Below are positions 15,686-27,891 of a stretch of DNA of 64,000 nt, one piece after another. Position numbers and translations under genes: made by a program. Every line of letters begins with the position of its first letter. Position 1 is the stretch's first letter. This DNA is from Fistulifera solaris (taxonomy: Eukaryota): assembly GCA_030295235.1 (NCBI GenBank), contig AP026169.1, positions 372,001-436,000 of the forward strand, written 5' to 3'. The notes below the pieces were generated by a model that searched no databases, was not told where the DNA came from, and worked only from the letters and a program-made list of their open reading frames with translations.

Positions 15686-16388
15686 AAAAATATAAATTAG
15701 AACACGTTCATGCATCTAAATCAAGTGTGTCGAATATGTCTTTCTGGTACGAGGGTTGGCATGTACGGGGTACACCCTAGTCAAATTCTTAAAGTAATTT
15801 TCGTGGGTCAATCGATGGTTCGACGAGTCTTTTGGTTCATGGTTCAAGATAGACATGGACCAAGGACAATAGATGTAAGGCTCAGGCTCTAGCTTGAAGT
15901 ATCTAGACTAAAATGACAACGATTGTTTGTTGCTTTTGTCTGTGAATTCCTAGTTGCAACTCCTAACCTTACTGCAACTCCTCCTTATTATGAGAAACAA
16001 GTAAATCAATGTAAAAACTTTGACGTTTGCCGGACAAGTTGTCCTGCGTTTCCTACGACGTCCGTATTGCAACCGGTTACACAAAAGCAAAAATTCTTAA
16101 ACCGTAACCATATTGGTTCACATTGTAAGGAAATTACTGCTACGACGACTCATAAAGTATCCAAGTCATCTCAAAGTGCCTATAGTAACCTTCCAATCAG
16201 CATAATACACCTCCGAGTATTTCAGCCTTTACCATTGCGGAGAAGCACGCTTATTCACTTTGACAGATTGAAGACGCAGTACCCCGTAGTGAGAAGAGGC
16301 CACAAAACACTTAGGTGTATTGAATTAGGGCTAGGGCCAACCATATTATGACTCTCCCTTTTGACTGATCGGAAACTTTACGTATTAG

Positions 16389-16442
16389 GAATTTCTGGAG
16401 ATGCAACTTTAGGCGTTAAGAATTTCTGGATATGCAACTTTA
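16389..16442 (+). repeat. Two-copy direct repeat, period 31 (GAATTTCTGGA[G/T]ATGCAACTTTA)
   Basis: Copies at 16389-16411 and 16420-16442, one mismatch. GCAAC cores recur over 15955-16470. Confidence 0.8.
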
Positions 16443-16614
16443 AGTCTTCAGAAAATCTGGAGACGCAACGATACGTGTTGAGAACTTCTGGGTGGAACGC
16501 TCCTCTTTTGGTAGAGTGCATGAGACTCATCCTCCAGCGGAGACAAGACATTTCCCGTTCAAAAAAAATCATTTCAATTCATTCATTTAGTCAGTTACAT
16601 TTCCTACATTTACA

Positions 16615-19600
16615 TTACTCCTTTGCATTTTTGCATGCAAAGGAACAGTACATGTTTAACTCGTTGTTGTCACTTGTAAGCCCAGCTCCCTGCGCGCACA
16701 AATTGTGCACGAACTTTGAACATGTGTCGTTGTAACATGGATGATCTGCGACGAGATTGTCGAACGCACAATTTTCGATTGGGCAAAAGCCTTTCTCTCT
16801 TCTTGTGAAAGCTCTGTCAAGCAACTGCGAATATTGTTGTCTTTCAATCAACGAGTTGCATCCGTGGTTCTGTCGCGTGCCACGTTGAGCGTTGTTGATA
16901 AATAAACCAGAATTTCTGGAGGAGGTACGAGCATCACTTCTTTCATGTCCCTGGAGATCTTCCACGGCCTGTATTGCAAGCTGTGTTTGCAGCTCTTCGT
17001 CTCTAAGTGCCTGGGTGACTGTCTTCTCAATTTGGAGTGGAACATCTCGAAAAACTTCTTGAAACGACGGACCGACAATATCAGCTCTTTCAACAGCTCT
17101 CTGGCTTTGACGTCGTGAGCGTGTTTGGCTTGTTGTCTTTGTCTGTCGAGTGCGAGAACTTGTTGTAGCGGATCTTCTTGCAGTGTGTGTGTGTGAGGTT
17201 CTTCTATTCAAGGCGTGCAATCACTGGATTATTGACTGTCACCACTGGAGCTGGCTGTCGATGTGGAATCTGTCCAGCCGGAGCATTTTGCTTAGCTGGA
17301 TCTTGTGTTTGACTGGGACTATTGCTGAGCTCATTCTCATTGCGCCTGCGCACTTTGTTGCGAATCTGTCGAACAAGTGTCCGCCATTTCCATTGTTCGA
17401 ATCGTGGTGAGCTTGGAAAGTATTGTGTTTTCCATGATGACGTAACCGCTTTGAAAGCCATCATCATGTTTGCATTATTGATCTCGGTAAAACCATGATG
17501 GAGGCGGGCTAGGTCCTCAATGTGCGTGCAGATATACTTTACGTCTGAAAATGTTTTCCTCGTAGGGCGTCGGCTTTCCGTCAGATGCTTTTCACGGCGG
17601 CACTCTCCTTCCGATAATGGCATTTCGTCGATAAATGAAAAGTCTTCGCTTGTGAGGTTCTTCAAAGGTGGTACTGCCCTTGAAGCGTTACCAACATTCC
17701 ACTGCGTCCAGACGTCGAGGATTGTTTGGGAAGGAAATTGATAGTTGGAAGGCAAGCTTGTTGCTGTTATGGTGTTTACTGTTTGTTCTACTGCCACGCC
17801 CCGTCCCAGTCTGCTCAATCCTGAATGAACGGAACAATTCGTTAAAGTGCTGCTGCATGCCAGCCCTTGCTGTAGCTGTGGCCTCTACAATAAGCTCCTT
17901 TAGTCGTTCTTCTGTTATTTCCCCTCCTCCTATCGCCGCGTTTCAAAGTAGTGCTTTGTACTCTCCATTATTCTGTTAAAGAGTTCTTCTGCCGACGTCT
18001 TAAGCTGTTCCTTGAGCTCCGCAAGGTCGGTAAGTTCTTTGACGTGCGGGGGTACACCTGAAATGTGGTTTGTAGTCTCCCACATGTTATCTACGCCGGA
18101 TCGAATTGGAAGCTGTTTCTAGAATTTGAACGTTTCGGAAGATGCTGATACAGTGTCTAGCAGGGTGATTTGGTTCAAAATTCAGCACTATGTTTCGATG
18201 ATGGACCAGACTAGCTAGACACTGCTTTAGAATTCGATTCATGCCTTGCAGCTCATAAAAGCATGGGAAGTTTGCAGCTATGCAGCTATTGATGAACTCT
18301 GTGGACACAACATCCATATCAAAGTAAGCAGGTGACTTTGCAAAATCACTGGACATGAAATTCAGCATTGATAAAGAGCGACCAACAAACTCGTCACCTG
18401 ACTGCAGCTGCTGAAAATAAATGTCGAGCACCTTGCCTGTGCTCCAGCCAGCCCTGTGACAAATTGCAACGGAGATGGCCCAGCAGGCATCGATCCGAGA
18501 TAAGATGCCGCTTCTTTCGAATAGAATGCAAACCAATGTCGTCTAATTTGTCATATCCCATGCCGATGACTTCCTGCTCATGTAGGCGTAGAATCTTATG
18601 CATTGTGTCCCGTACACGCTTTGTTGTTGCTTGGTGGCTTCCGGGAAACAAGTGGTAACCGCCTCCTTGTTCTGATGTCATCGTGAAAGAGAATGACAAA
18701 TAAAGGCCTAGAAGAAATGGGAAGTCAACGTAATACTCATTGACATTAGAGTAAAGGTTTCTTTGCTTCCGCTTGTCCTTCCCTTCGGCATCTGTCTTTG
18801 TATGGCGGAAATTGATTTGCATGCAATCAAATTTTGTCCACGACATGTGGCTAAATTGCAGCTCTGCTGTGTTGTGGCTCCGACAAGCCAAATTCCAGGT
18901 GAGGCAAATAAAGCAGGCAGAAGCAATACTCTCCTTTGAACCATAATCAACAAGCCATTTGCATACAGAACGATACAGTTGTGGTGACATGGCAACTTTT
19001 CCTTCTTTGAAGTCATCGCTGTCATCTTCTTCTTGGCCGACATTGTCCTCGACATTATCTGGTCCGCGCTATGCCGGGTTTGTCAAGCGGCTGAACCCTT
19101 TCCATAATGTGTTCATCTGTTGCAAGTATTCCTCTTCAGGGCCCTTCCCGTTATGACAACGGCACAGATGAAAGATTGCCGCTCGCTTGCCGTTGTAGCC
19201 ATCCATTGATAACTGCTGGCCAGTTCTTTGATTGGCGGATGAAGCAATGTATTCCATTACAGCACTTGCATCAATGCGATCAACATGGATGAGTGGTTCA
19301 GTTTGTGCTAGTGGGAGACAATGAAGCCAAACAGCCTTGATCCTTGCACGGCGTTCTTTTTTCCGACTTCGCCTTCGATTGTTTTATCGGTAGATTTAAC
19401 TGTTTCCTTTCCAAGTTCTGTAAGCCAAGGTAGGGCTAAATCAACGTCGTGATCAAGCACCCAATTCATAAAATGAATGATTTCATTGCAATACCTTTCA
19501 TAGACAGATTTCTTGACAACACCATCCCGCATCTCTTTGACAGTCACAGGGACAGAAAGGGTCTTACGCTTCTTTGAAGGACGTTCGGGTTCAGCAGAAG

Positions 19601-19625
19601 GCTCTGCGTTATATTCCTCTTCCAT
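16615..19625 (-). CDS. Crypton tyrosine recombinase (~1000 aa if frameshifts are corrected) with C-terminal Cys/His finger
   Basis: Catalytic motifs in order: WNLACR, HTKTD, LFPG, GLHSIRK (HxxR), RAGWS, VLDIY. Then ISGVPPHV, FP...VWTQW.VGN...PPLK, and CPIENC...HPC...C...HNLC...YCSFAC. Many frameshifts. Confidence 0.8.
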
Positions 19626-20618
19626 TTCTGCACGATTATCCTCTTCCACTCTTGCCAATTTGAATGTTGCTCGTAAGTTCAACAAAGAGACGTTTGATCA
19701 AAGTACGCTTTAGTAACAACAGCGGTAGATGTTTACTGCTTACTTAATGACTGCGGTCTAGAGCGCTCGTAGAAATACTACCAGGCAAATGCTGTCCTGC
19801 AAACGTTTCTGGTGTTGGTTGAAATTTCAAATGATCAAAAAATGTCTGGTCTAGTAAAGTTGAATCATTTTCCGTTGACTAGCCAAGAAAAAACATTTGC
19901 CGGACAGAAATGTCCTGCAAAAGAGGCTGCGTATGTAGAAAATGTACTGTCTATATTTAGTCACGAACTTCTTGTCCTGCAAAAGTAGAACACTGTCTAA
20001 TGTCTAGTAGGAAGTAGCTTGAAGAACGTTTTCTTCGGAACTGTTTGGACATTCCACGGTTTAGGGCTATAATATGATTAGTCAGTCACGAGTTGCCGTT
20101 CCCAAATAGTACAAGCAGTGCCGAGTGCCAACCATCAACCATTCACATGGTGTACATTAACAACCGCTATACTGAATGGTTTGACCCGTGACTTGCTATT
20201 GTGTGCCGTGTGAGTCTCACTATATAAATTAAAGTAGTGGTCGGAGTAACGCGTCAAAGTCACCATCGTCACGTCGGTCATTCCATGAATTTCTGAACAA
20301 CCGTCACCCAGACGTACTCTATCCTATCAAGCCTGACACGAACCTTCGAACGCTTCGAGCCTCCGAGTCCAAAGAGTGAACTGCAGAACACAAAGCGGCA
20401 ATCAGCAATTTGCAATCCCATCCTTTTGGGTTCGCGACGAGGAACGTAGAAGCTCTACTTTTCGATATCTTTCGAGCGGAACGTGATGAATGAGGATTTC
20501 GATGTTATCTTCCGGAGGCGAATTTTAATTTGTGATTTCGGTAGGCACACAATTATTTGACTTTTGAGTGCCATGATTTATGGAATCTTGATCAAATGCG
20601 ACATTGGCATCAATAACC

Positions 20619-21742
20619 ATGAACGAAGAATCCTTTGAAAGTTTGAGCTCGCCCACAACAAGGTCCTCTCGACGACGAGGATCTATTGAGACACATCATC
20701 GCCATGTCAGTCCAGCTAGGCGAGTGTTGGTGGATCACACTTACACCGATCACATGCACGATTCTATCGCCCCTAGTATCGAGACGATTGACATTCATGA
20801 TGGCAAGAACGCCCCCAAAAGGACCTCGCGGGGGCGTTACAGTAGCTCTTCCAGAAAAGCTTCACCAAATGTTGTCACAAATTGAAGAGGAAGGATTGTC
20901 TCATGTCGTTTCGTGGCAGCCCCATGGGCGTTGCTTTCTCGTCCACAGGAAGAGAGAATTCATCGATGATATTATGCCTAGGTGAGCAATAACCTTACAA
21001 AGTAACATTTGGCTTATTGGTTTCGCGGTTTCGACTCACATTTATCGGATTTAGACATTTCAATCAGTCAAAACTGACAAGCTTTCAGCGGCAATTGAAT
21101 TTATACGGCTTTGTCAGACTAACTGCAGGCCGTGATAGAGGCGGGTAAGTCTCTATTGCTGGTTGAAGCCCGATTACTGAAGTGCGATCCCATTTCTAAT
21201 ACAAAATGTTGTTTCTTTTAGATACTATCACGAACTCTTCATCCGTGGTCGGCCCGACTTGTGTCGTAGAATGGTACGGACGCGTGTCAAAGGAAATGGC
21301 ATGAAAGCAGCTTCGAATCCGCAGAATGAACCTAACTTCTATGCGATGGAAGAGTGCAAGTCGACCTATGAGTACGAAAACGCACCGGTTACGATGTGTA
21401 CGGAAAGTCTCGACAAGACTCTACTCGATATTGACAAGCCACCGGAAATGAGTTCCCCCGTTCAAAAAGCCAATTGTGACTCCTATTCAATCGCCACGAC
21501 AGTCACTTTCTTTGGTACACAATCCCCCCGAAAGCATCATGATGCTAGAACTCGGTGAGCCCCCGAAAGTAATGGACTTTATAGACGACATGTTCTTGGG
21601 ATCTGTTGTGAGTGAAGACAACGAGCCGCACAATGGAGACGAAATATTTTTTGAGGGGCACAAGTTTTGTTACCTTGACCATATGGAACCGGAAGAGACG
21701 TACGACACCACGATGCTTGGGGTTCCCGACAACATCATTTGA
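20619..21742 (+). CDS. Heat-shock transcription factor, copy 3
   Basis: LPEKLHQML...VVSWQPHGRCF...KLTSFQRQLNLYGF...GYYHELF. Introns 20982-21054 and 21145-21221. Frameshifts near 20815 and 21470. Confidence 0.92.
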
Positions 21743-21891
21743 GGACATGGAAGGCACTACATCTTTGCATAGATCATACATACCATACTTGTCGAATTAG
21801 TGATAACTTAGCGATTAATGTTATACATGTAGCAGATAGCTTGGAGGAATGGAGACGAATAAAGTGTATTTTGAGCTCACGATTGCTGCCC

Positions 21892-22410
21892 TCACCAAGT
21901 AATTTCGAGATTCGGATTGATCGGATACTCTACTCCAATCAACTTATCTTTTTCTACGTAATACAGTAACTCACTCTCCTCCCCGTGTGGATTTCCCGGA
22001 CCCTTTCCACCGCCAACTTGACGACTCCCGTAAGATAAGCTCTTCGGGTCTATCAACGCGTGAACAACCACATCATCTTCTGTGAGACCTGGGAAACGAT
22101 TCTCTTCGTCTACAACAAACTCCACCGAGGTCCCATAGACAGGCTCGTCCGACCAAGCGGAAACGGGTGCCAGCGTCCCATCTTCCTGCAAAGCGCCTAT
22201 TCGTTTACGTTCCAAATCGTCTTTTTTCGAGAAAATTACAACATCCATGTCCATCAGTGAGTTGAATTCAATAGCAAAAAGATGGGGGTCGTTTCTCTGG
22301 TGATAAGATGGAATCGTTGTAGACTGCGTGTGCCTTGCTATAGCACTAGGCCGAAATGCCGAGGCCATACAACCGGAAGATACAATAATTTTCATCACCA
22401 AAACTACCAT
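21892..22410 (-). CDS. Hypothetical plastid-targeted protein
   Basis: Hydrophobic N-terminus ending MASA^F; globular body with conserved-looking SYGSRQVGGGKGPGNPHGEESE. Confidence 0.7.
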   Translation of the reverse strand: MVVLVMKIIVSSGCMASAFRPSAIARHTQSTTIPSYHQRNDPHLFAIEFNSLMDMDVVIFSKKDDLERKRIGALQEDGTLAPVSAWSDEPVYGTSVEFVVDEENRFPGLTEDDVVVHALIDPKSLSYGSRQVGGGKGPGNPHGEESELLYYVEKDKLIGVEYPINPNLEITW

Positions 22411-22803
22411 TTTGCAGTAGGTTATCACAATTGATCTTTCCTTACAGCTTGCTAAAGATCGATTACTTTGAGATTTAACATGATACAATAATCAAGAATT
22501 CTTTTCATTCTGCTTGTGTGAAAACGGGTTCGTTGTGTTTCGTATGTGCTGCTTGCGATGTACTGTTGGGAGCAAAACGTGCTCTTGTCGTAACAAAAAG
22601 CTGTGAAACGCTGTGAGCTACTGCGAGCAGAGCGCCCGACAAGCTTTTTCAATGACCTATGACGATCCCTGAGTGGGCAACAAGCTAAGCTTACTGGTAC
22701 GGTTTCGTTAGAATGTTTCATCTACCGGTTGACAAAAGTTTATTTTATGGTCTACAGCAACAGGAAATCCACAACAAAAGAAACCGGGCCCCATTCCACC
22801 GTT

Positions 22804-24521
22804 TCAATAAGGACGAAAAGAAGGGGCGGAATTTGGGGTTTCGTCGATTGACAAATCAGGGAGCTCCCGTGATGGCTCTGATTTGCTGCGTGTCAGTGCA
22901 CTTCGCGTACTCGCTGCCAAGTTGCGGATCTTGGAAGCAAGGCCTATGCGTTTCTTTCGTTTCTGCAAGGATTCCAAAGCTTGACTTCGCAGTTGAACAT
23001 CATGTACCGAAATCGCGGTGGATGGTACGGGAGGCATTTTCTGAAATCCATCGACAGTGTCGTCAAAGGACAGTTCATTGTCGGATGTTAAAAAAGTCGA
23101 CGTGCCCGCCCTCTCATCGAACGCTCCTAAAAGCATAACTACCGTAGCGGAGTCGGATAGAACTTGATATCCTGGTTCCGGAGTTTCCATCAAAAACGGC
23201 CTCCCCAGTGCGATTGAACCGTTTCTTGCATTTGTAGCACAATTTCTTTCCTCTCTTGATGTGAGGACTTTTTATAACGTTCCATTTGCATGCTCATGTA
23301 AATATTCAGTCGATTGTTTCCTGTGTGTTGCTGCATAGAAAACAACGTTGACTTTGGTTGACGCTGATCAACATTCTGAAAAATGACGTCTAAGGGTTCG
23401 GCCGTGGTCACCACATTGCTTCTCGGGGCTTCAAATGAATCTGATCGCTTCAGAAAGCTTGTGAATGAGTCATGTCTACCTGACCTTCGTTTTTCCCGGA
23501 GTGGATTTATGCTACTCTCACTCTTCGATAATATTTCGTCGAGAAAGGGATCCTCGGTTTCCAAAGACTCCTGTTCTGCTTCTAGCAGATCGAAGAATGA
23601 AGACACAGAAAAGGCATTGTGATCCATGAGTGAGTGTTTTCGTAAAGATTTCTTGTGGTCGAAATCGAAACTATCGGTGGAACTCGCATTACTTAATAAC
23701 AACGATTCCGAAGCCGAACGTCGCAGTAAAGATGAGCGCCGTCGCCGTTTCTTTTCGCCATCTCCGTCAATAATGGTAATATTTTCTCCAATCGGCACTG
23801 GTTCAAGTGCCAGGAGCAAATCCTCATCGTCTTCTAAATTCAACGCGTGGGTCGCATTCACCATAGCGGGCATGCTATTACGAAAATCGATATGGGTGGG
23901 CGTTACTGGCAGTGCGCTCACAGCGGGCAACATGTTCTGCATACTGCTTCGCATGCCATAGTGTGACGGATTATAGACATGCATTGGAACAGAAGGACCA
24001 TCCATCGAGGAGTGCAGGTAGGTGGAAGAAGGACCCGGAGTCAGTGTTGCCTGCGCCGGTGCATGGCTCGGCACTGGCGGAGGCGCGGGAGGTGCTAAAA
24101 TTTCTTGAATGGAAGATTTAGGTTTGTTTTCATCCATGATAGCATTCAGTTGTCGCTGCACAAACACTTTGGCATTCTCTCTCGACAAGACTATCCAATT
24201 TGAATGATTCTTGACCAGAAATCTCCCGTTGGGCACAACTTGGCGACACACAATGTCAATGATTCGGTCGACGACCGGGTCGCTTTGCGCGCCCATTTTT
24301 ACATTTTCGGCGTATTGTTTCGCGTTCATTGTTACAAGCACTTGAAAGCGGTTGTTGCCGACGTGCATTCTATCTTGCAGTAGACAAACATTGTGCGCAC
24401 TGTCGCCTGTCAACAAGACATCGAAGTTGCCTATGTTGGTGGTCGTTTCAAATTCCAGAAAATGACCAGCGTCGCTTCCGTTGCTACCAAAATCAAACGA
24501 CGAAACAGCTAAGGGATTCAT
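22804..24521 (-). CDS. Protein with two DUF6824-like domains
   Basis: FDVLL...H.GNNRF..LV...GRFL and a second DVIF...HTGNNRL...GGRF unit. One frameshift near 23192. Confidence 0.7.
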
Positions 24522-25164
24522 CTTCTCATTATTTTAGTGAAAAAGTAAATTTATTTAATAGTCTGGCGTCAAGCGAAAGAAAAGACTGTGTGACGAGGTT
24601 GAGAAAAAGGTTTCAAGCTTTCAACCAGAACGGCGAAGGCGTTGTCGTGTGTCGCGCTGAACGCCGCGAACGCCGAACGCCGAAGGCATTCTACGGATAG
24701 AGAGTACTGTAAAAATTCAAGTTTGAATAGCGACAACTGTACAACGACTTTGACAATACAATTCTAGTCATAAAGGTCGGGACTCGGGACACGGGACTCC
24801 AATAAAAGCTCGCTTCGAGCAAGCCTATTCTCGAACAGGACGGCAACATTTGTATACAAAATTGATGTATTTCGATTGCAATTCAAGCACCTGTAAGCAT
24901 GTAATGATATTTGATCACACAAACCATTCAACATTCAATACTGCGTTGCGTGGTCTTTTTTGGTTGGTTTTGAATGTCTTCCAAGATCTCAGATCCTACT
25001 TAAAGAAAGAAGCTCATCTACACAACGAGGAACGAGGAGTAAACATTAAGCGCCATCTAGCGGTGTAAATAGTTGGGACCGCTCTCATCTCGATGTTAAA
25101 GAAAAGTTTCCTGAAAACAGTTGGGTGATGTAGCGACATGAGCCCTGGTTCCAAAATGTGACTT

Positions 25165-25250
25165 TAATCACGGAGGGACTCGAACCCTCAACCTTTGGTT
25201 AAATCCTCACGGTTCCGAAGACCAATGCTCTACCATTGAGCCACGTGATC
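25165..25250 (-). tRNA. tRNA-Arg(TCG) with a 14-nt canonical intron
   Basis: GATCACG/CGTGATT acceptor stem, GCTC/GAGC D arm, TTGGT-CT-TCG-G[AACCGTGAGGATTT]A-ACCAA anticodon arm, GAGGG-TTCGAGT-CCCTC T arm. Confidence 0.93.
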
Positions 25251-25701
25251 AATGTGATTGTGTTGCGGATAATATGATAAACAAAAGCAGTTAATTATCG
25301 GGACATCGCTTTCGAATGTTTTATCACGAATTTACTTGTAGGGCGGTTACCAGTAGGCTAAGAAAAGGGAAAATGAGGTAAATCAAACAATCTAGGGTCT
25401 AGCTGCTTACCACGGAGAACGGGTCATTTAAAATGTCAAAATCTTTGTACTACTTACAAATAGCCCATTCACAAACAACTGGGCAAGTATTCTGAATCAT
25501 CATCTGAAATACCAGGTACTCAGAAAAGTCCCTAGCTAGAGACACAAAGATGGGTCGAAAAATCCTCAAGTACGGCATGTGAAAAACAATAAATGCGTAT
25601 CGACCAAAAATCAAACACGATTATTTGGACTGCAAAAGTAATATCCCCTATCCCCTATCTTTGAAAAATCCATCATAGAACGTCTTTATTCGTAAAAATA
25701 C

Positions 25702-27175
25702 TCAATAAGGGCGATCACGCCGTTGGAAACGCTGATGATTCGCTCCACTGCCCCCGCGGCCTCTACCGCCATGTGAAAATTCTCCTCGTGCCCCACCGCC
25801 GTGTGAAAATCCTCCTCGTGCCCCGCTGCCGTGTGAAAATCCTCCTCGTGCCGCGCCGCCGTGTGAAAATCCTCCTCGTGTCCCGCCGCCTCTACCGCCG
25901 TGCGAAAATCCTCCTCGTGCTCCGCCGCGAAAATTACCCGAGTTTGGTCGGTACGAGCCATGGCCATCAGGTGCTCTAGAATCCAAATGATCGCTTGCCG
26001 AATGTCTATCATCATGTGGATATGCATAGTTCGGGTCGGCGTAATCCTGCCGTGAGTGATAAGAAGCTTCGGCCGGCTGTTGATTGTGTGAATACTCATA
26101 ATGTACTTTCCTGTCCAGCGACACCGTGTTGTCGCTGTGGATGCGAGTAGGCTTCACTAGAGTGTCTCCCTTCATAATATTCTCCTTGTTGATAATTTTC
26201 CGCCTCGCTGTATTGCCCGCCATCGTAGTATTCAACTTGTTCGTTGCTGTTCGGATAACCCTGCTCCTGATCGCCGTAACCATGATGAGAATGTTGATGA
26301 CTATATTCCTGCTCGGGATGTCCATGTGTATACTGATTGTAACCGCCAACCTCGTCGTGGGATTGCGGATAGTCCTCGTACCCTCCCGTGGGACCGTAAT
26401 GACCAGCAACAGCGTGTTGATCGGGATAATACTCGGCAGTCGGTGGATCCAGTTCGTCATAATAGCCACTATCATAACTCCGCGGATCGGACTGATAACC
26501 GTAGGGTGCATGACTATCGGGCTGAAACCGAGGGTGCCGTGGGGGACCATGCCGTGGATGTGGGGGAAACGGCCCCGCCGGATGCCCATGACGCAATCGA
26601 GGAGAAGTACCGGGTCGCAGGGGCGGCAACTCCTCCACGTTGCTTTGGACTCCGGGAGGAAGCCGCGGAGGCCGAGATTCCCTCATAGGACGTCTTCTCG
26701 TCTTGTCATTTCGCTGCAGATGAATTCTCGAAAAATTCGCAAACCGAATGCGAAAATTGTTGCGCACCGAGTATTCTTCGACGCGTCGATCGGTTTCTGC
26801 GTCCATCAAATACAAGAATCCGTATCCCATGGAAACTCCCGTCGATTTGTTGTAAATTAGTTTAACAAAACTTACGTTTCCGTACGACTGCAAGAAAAAG
26901 AACAAGTGTGCGTGACTTCAAGAAAGTGCAACGAATACGCAAGCACAACAATGACCCCTCACCTCAAAGTGCCGCCGCATTTCGAGAGCCGTTACGCTAG
27001 GTGGTAGATTGGCAAGAAAGAATTTGAATTGTTCGTTTAATGGGCCGCGCGGATGATCCATTTGGGAATCATCATCGTGAGGACCGGAACGAAACGGCGG
27101 TTTCTCGACGCTTTCTGCGCGGTTCGAAGACGGCGCTATCGCGTCCGCTTCTTCTACTTTGATTGCTTGAGACAT
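25702..27175 (-). CDS. RRM protein with Tyr/Gly/Gln/His-rich low-complexity region and RGG tail
   Basis: RNP2 FFLANL and RNP1 MGYGFLYL. Intron 26888-26962. One frameshift near 26120 leads into the RGGFSHGG repeats. Confidence 0.85.
25765..25925 (-). repeat. Coding tandem repeat, ~30-nt unit x5 (ARGGFSHGGG)
   Basis: GTGAAAATCCTCCTCGTG recurs near 25773, 25803, 25833, 25863 and 25902. Confidence 0.9.
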
Positions 27176-27891
27176 GAGCTATTCTATCTTGCGATGAATG
27201 AAAGTTCGGAACATGTTTCTCGTCGTTCGTCTCTTGTGTTGGGGTTGCAAGCGTTGCGTTGCTCGCTCATCATGTCGCATGGTTAATGGTCATTTTCTTG
27301 TTCAAGCGAAGCGCGCGCCGGCCGGGTGAACGCTACGAACGCGCGTGTACTTTCTTGCATGGTCCAATACAATATTGTAGTACAACGTATAACCACGTCA
27401 CGGCCGGTACATTCAGGCGTGACAGGTGACAGGTAATTTTGTACTATGGCGTAGGCCCCGTAGAGAAATGTAGCAAGCAGGGGTGCATTTCCACGAAACA
27501 CAGACTTTTGGAGAGAAATGTCAAACCTCGTGTCTTGCGATGGCGAGGAGCAACGAGCGGCAGACGACAGACACAACACCAGAGGGAGACTAGCTAAGAC
27601 AGACGACGAGAGCGAGAGCGAGCGCTCCAGCATGCAGCCGCACCGTTTTTACCAGTATTTTCAAAGGCGCCAAAAATGGAACTATTTGGGCATTATTGCG
27701 CAACTGTGAATCAAGTGGGTCTATTGTTTATTTCAATAGAGGAATCTTTTACTCCGTGTCGAATGCCATTATAGCCATATCCTTTTTCCTCGTTTTACAT
27801 GATCTGAGAAATGATATAGGAATTACAACGCAGCTGCATTCGCTTTTATTAGCTATCCTTTATTTACAACAACAAACGCTGTGCGGGCATT

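Larger units (their letters stand above)
15900..20070 (-). mobile_element. Crypton-type (CryptonS-like) tyrosine-recombinase DNA transposon; boundaries approximate
   Basis: Intronless YR reading frame 19625-16615 with repeated non-coding motifs on both flanks (GCCGGACA-n-TGTCCTGC at 16029 and 19899; TTAGGGCTA at 16325 and 20061). No long TIR or LTR seen. Confidence 0.75.

Noticed and set aside
16325..20069. TTAGGG hexamers as telomeric repeats; TATGG as CryptonS termini
   Set aside because: Hexamers are isolated, not arrays; TATGG (CCATA on +) was seen only at the left flank.
20335..20475. GAA/TTC clusters upstream of HSF3 as heat-shock elements
   Set aside because: No clean three-unit nGAAn array; too degenerate to call.
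25765..25925. Regularly spaced ~30-nt repeats as a CRISPR array
   Set aside because: No unique spacers; they encode in-frame RGG repeats of a eukaryotic gene; no cas genes.
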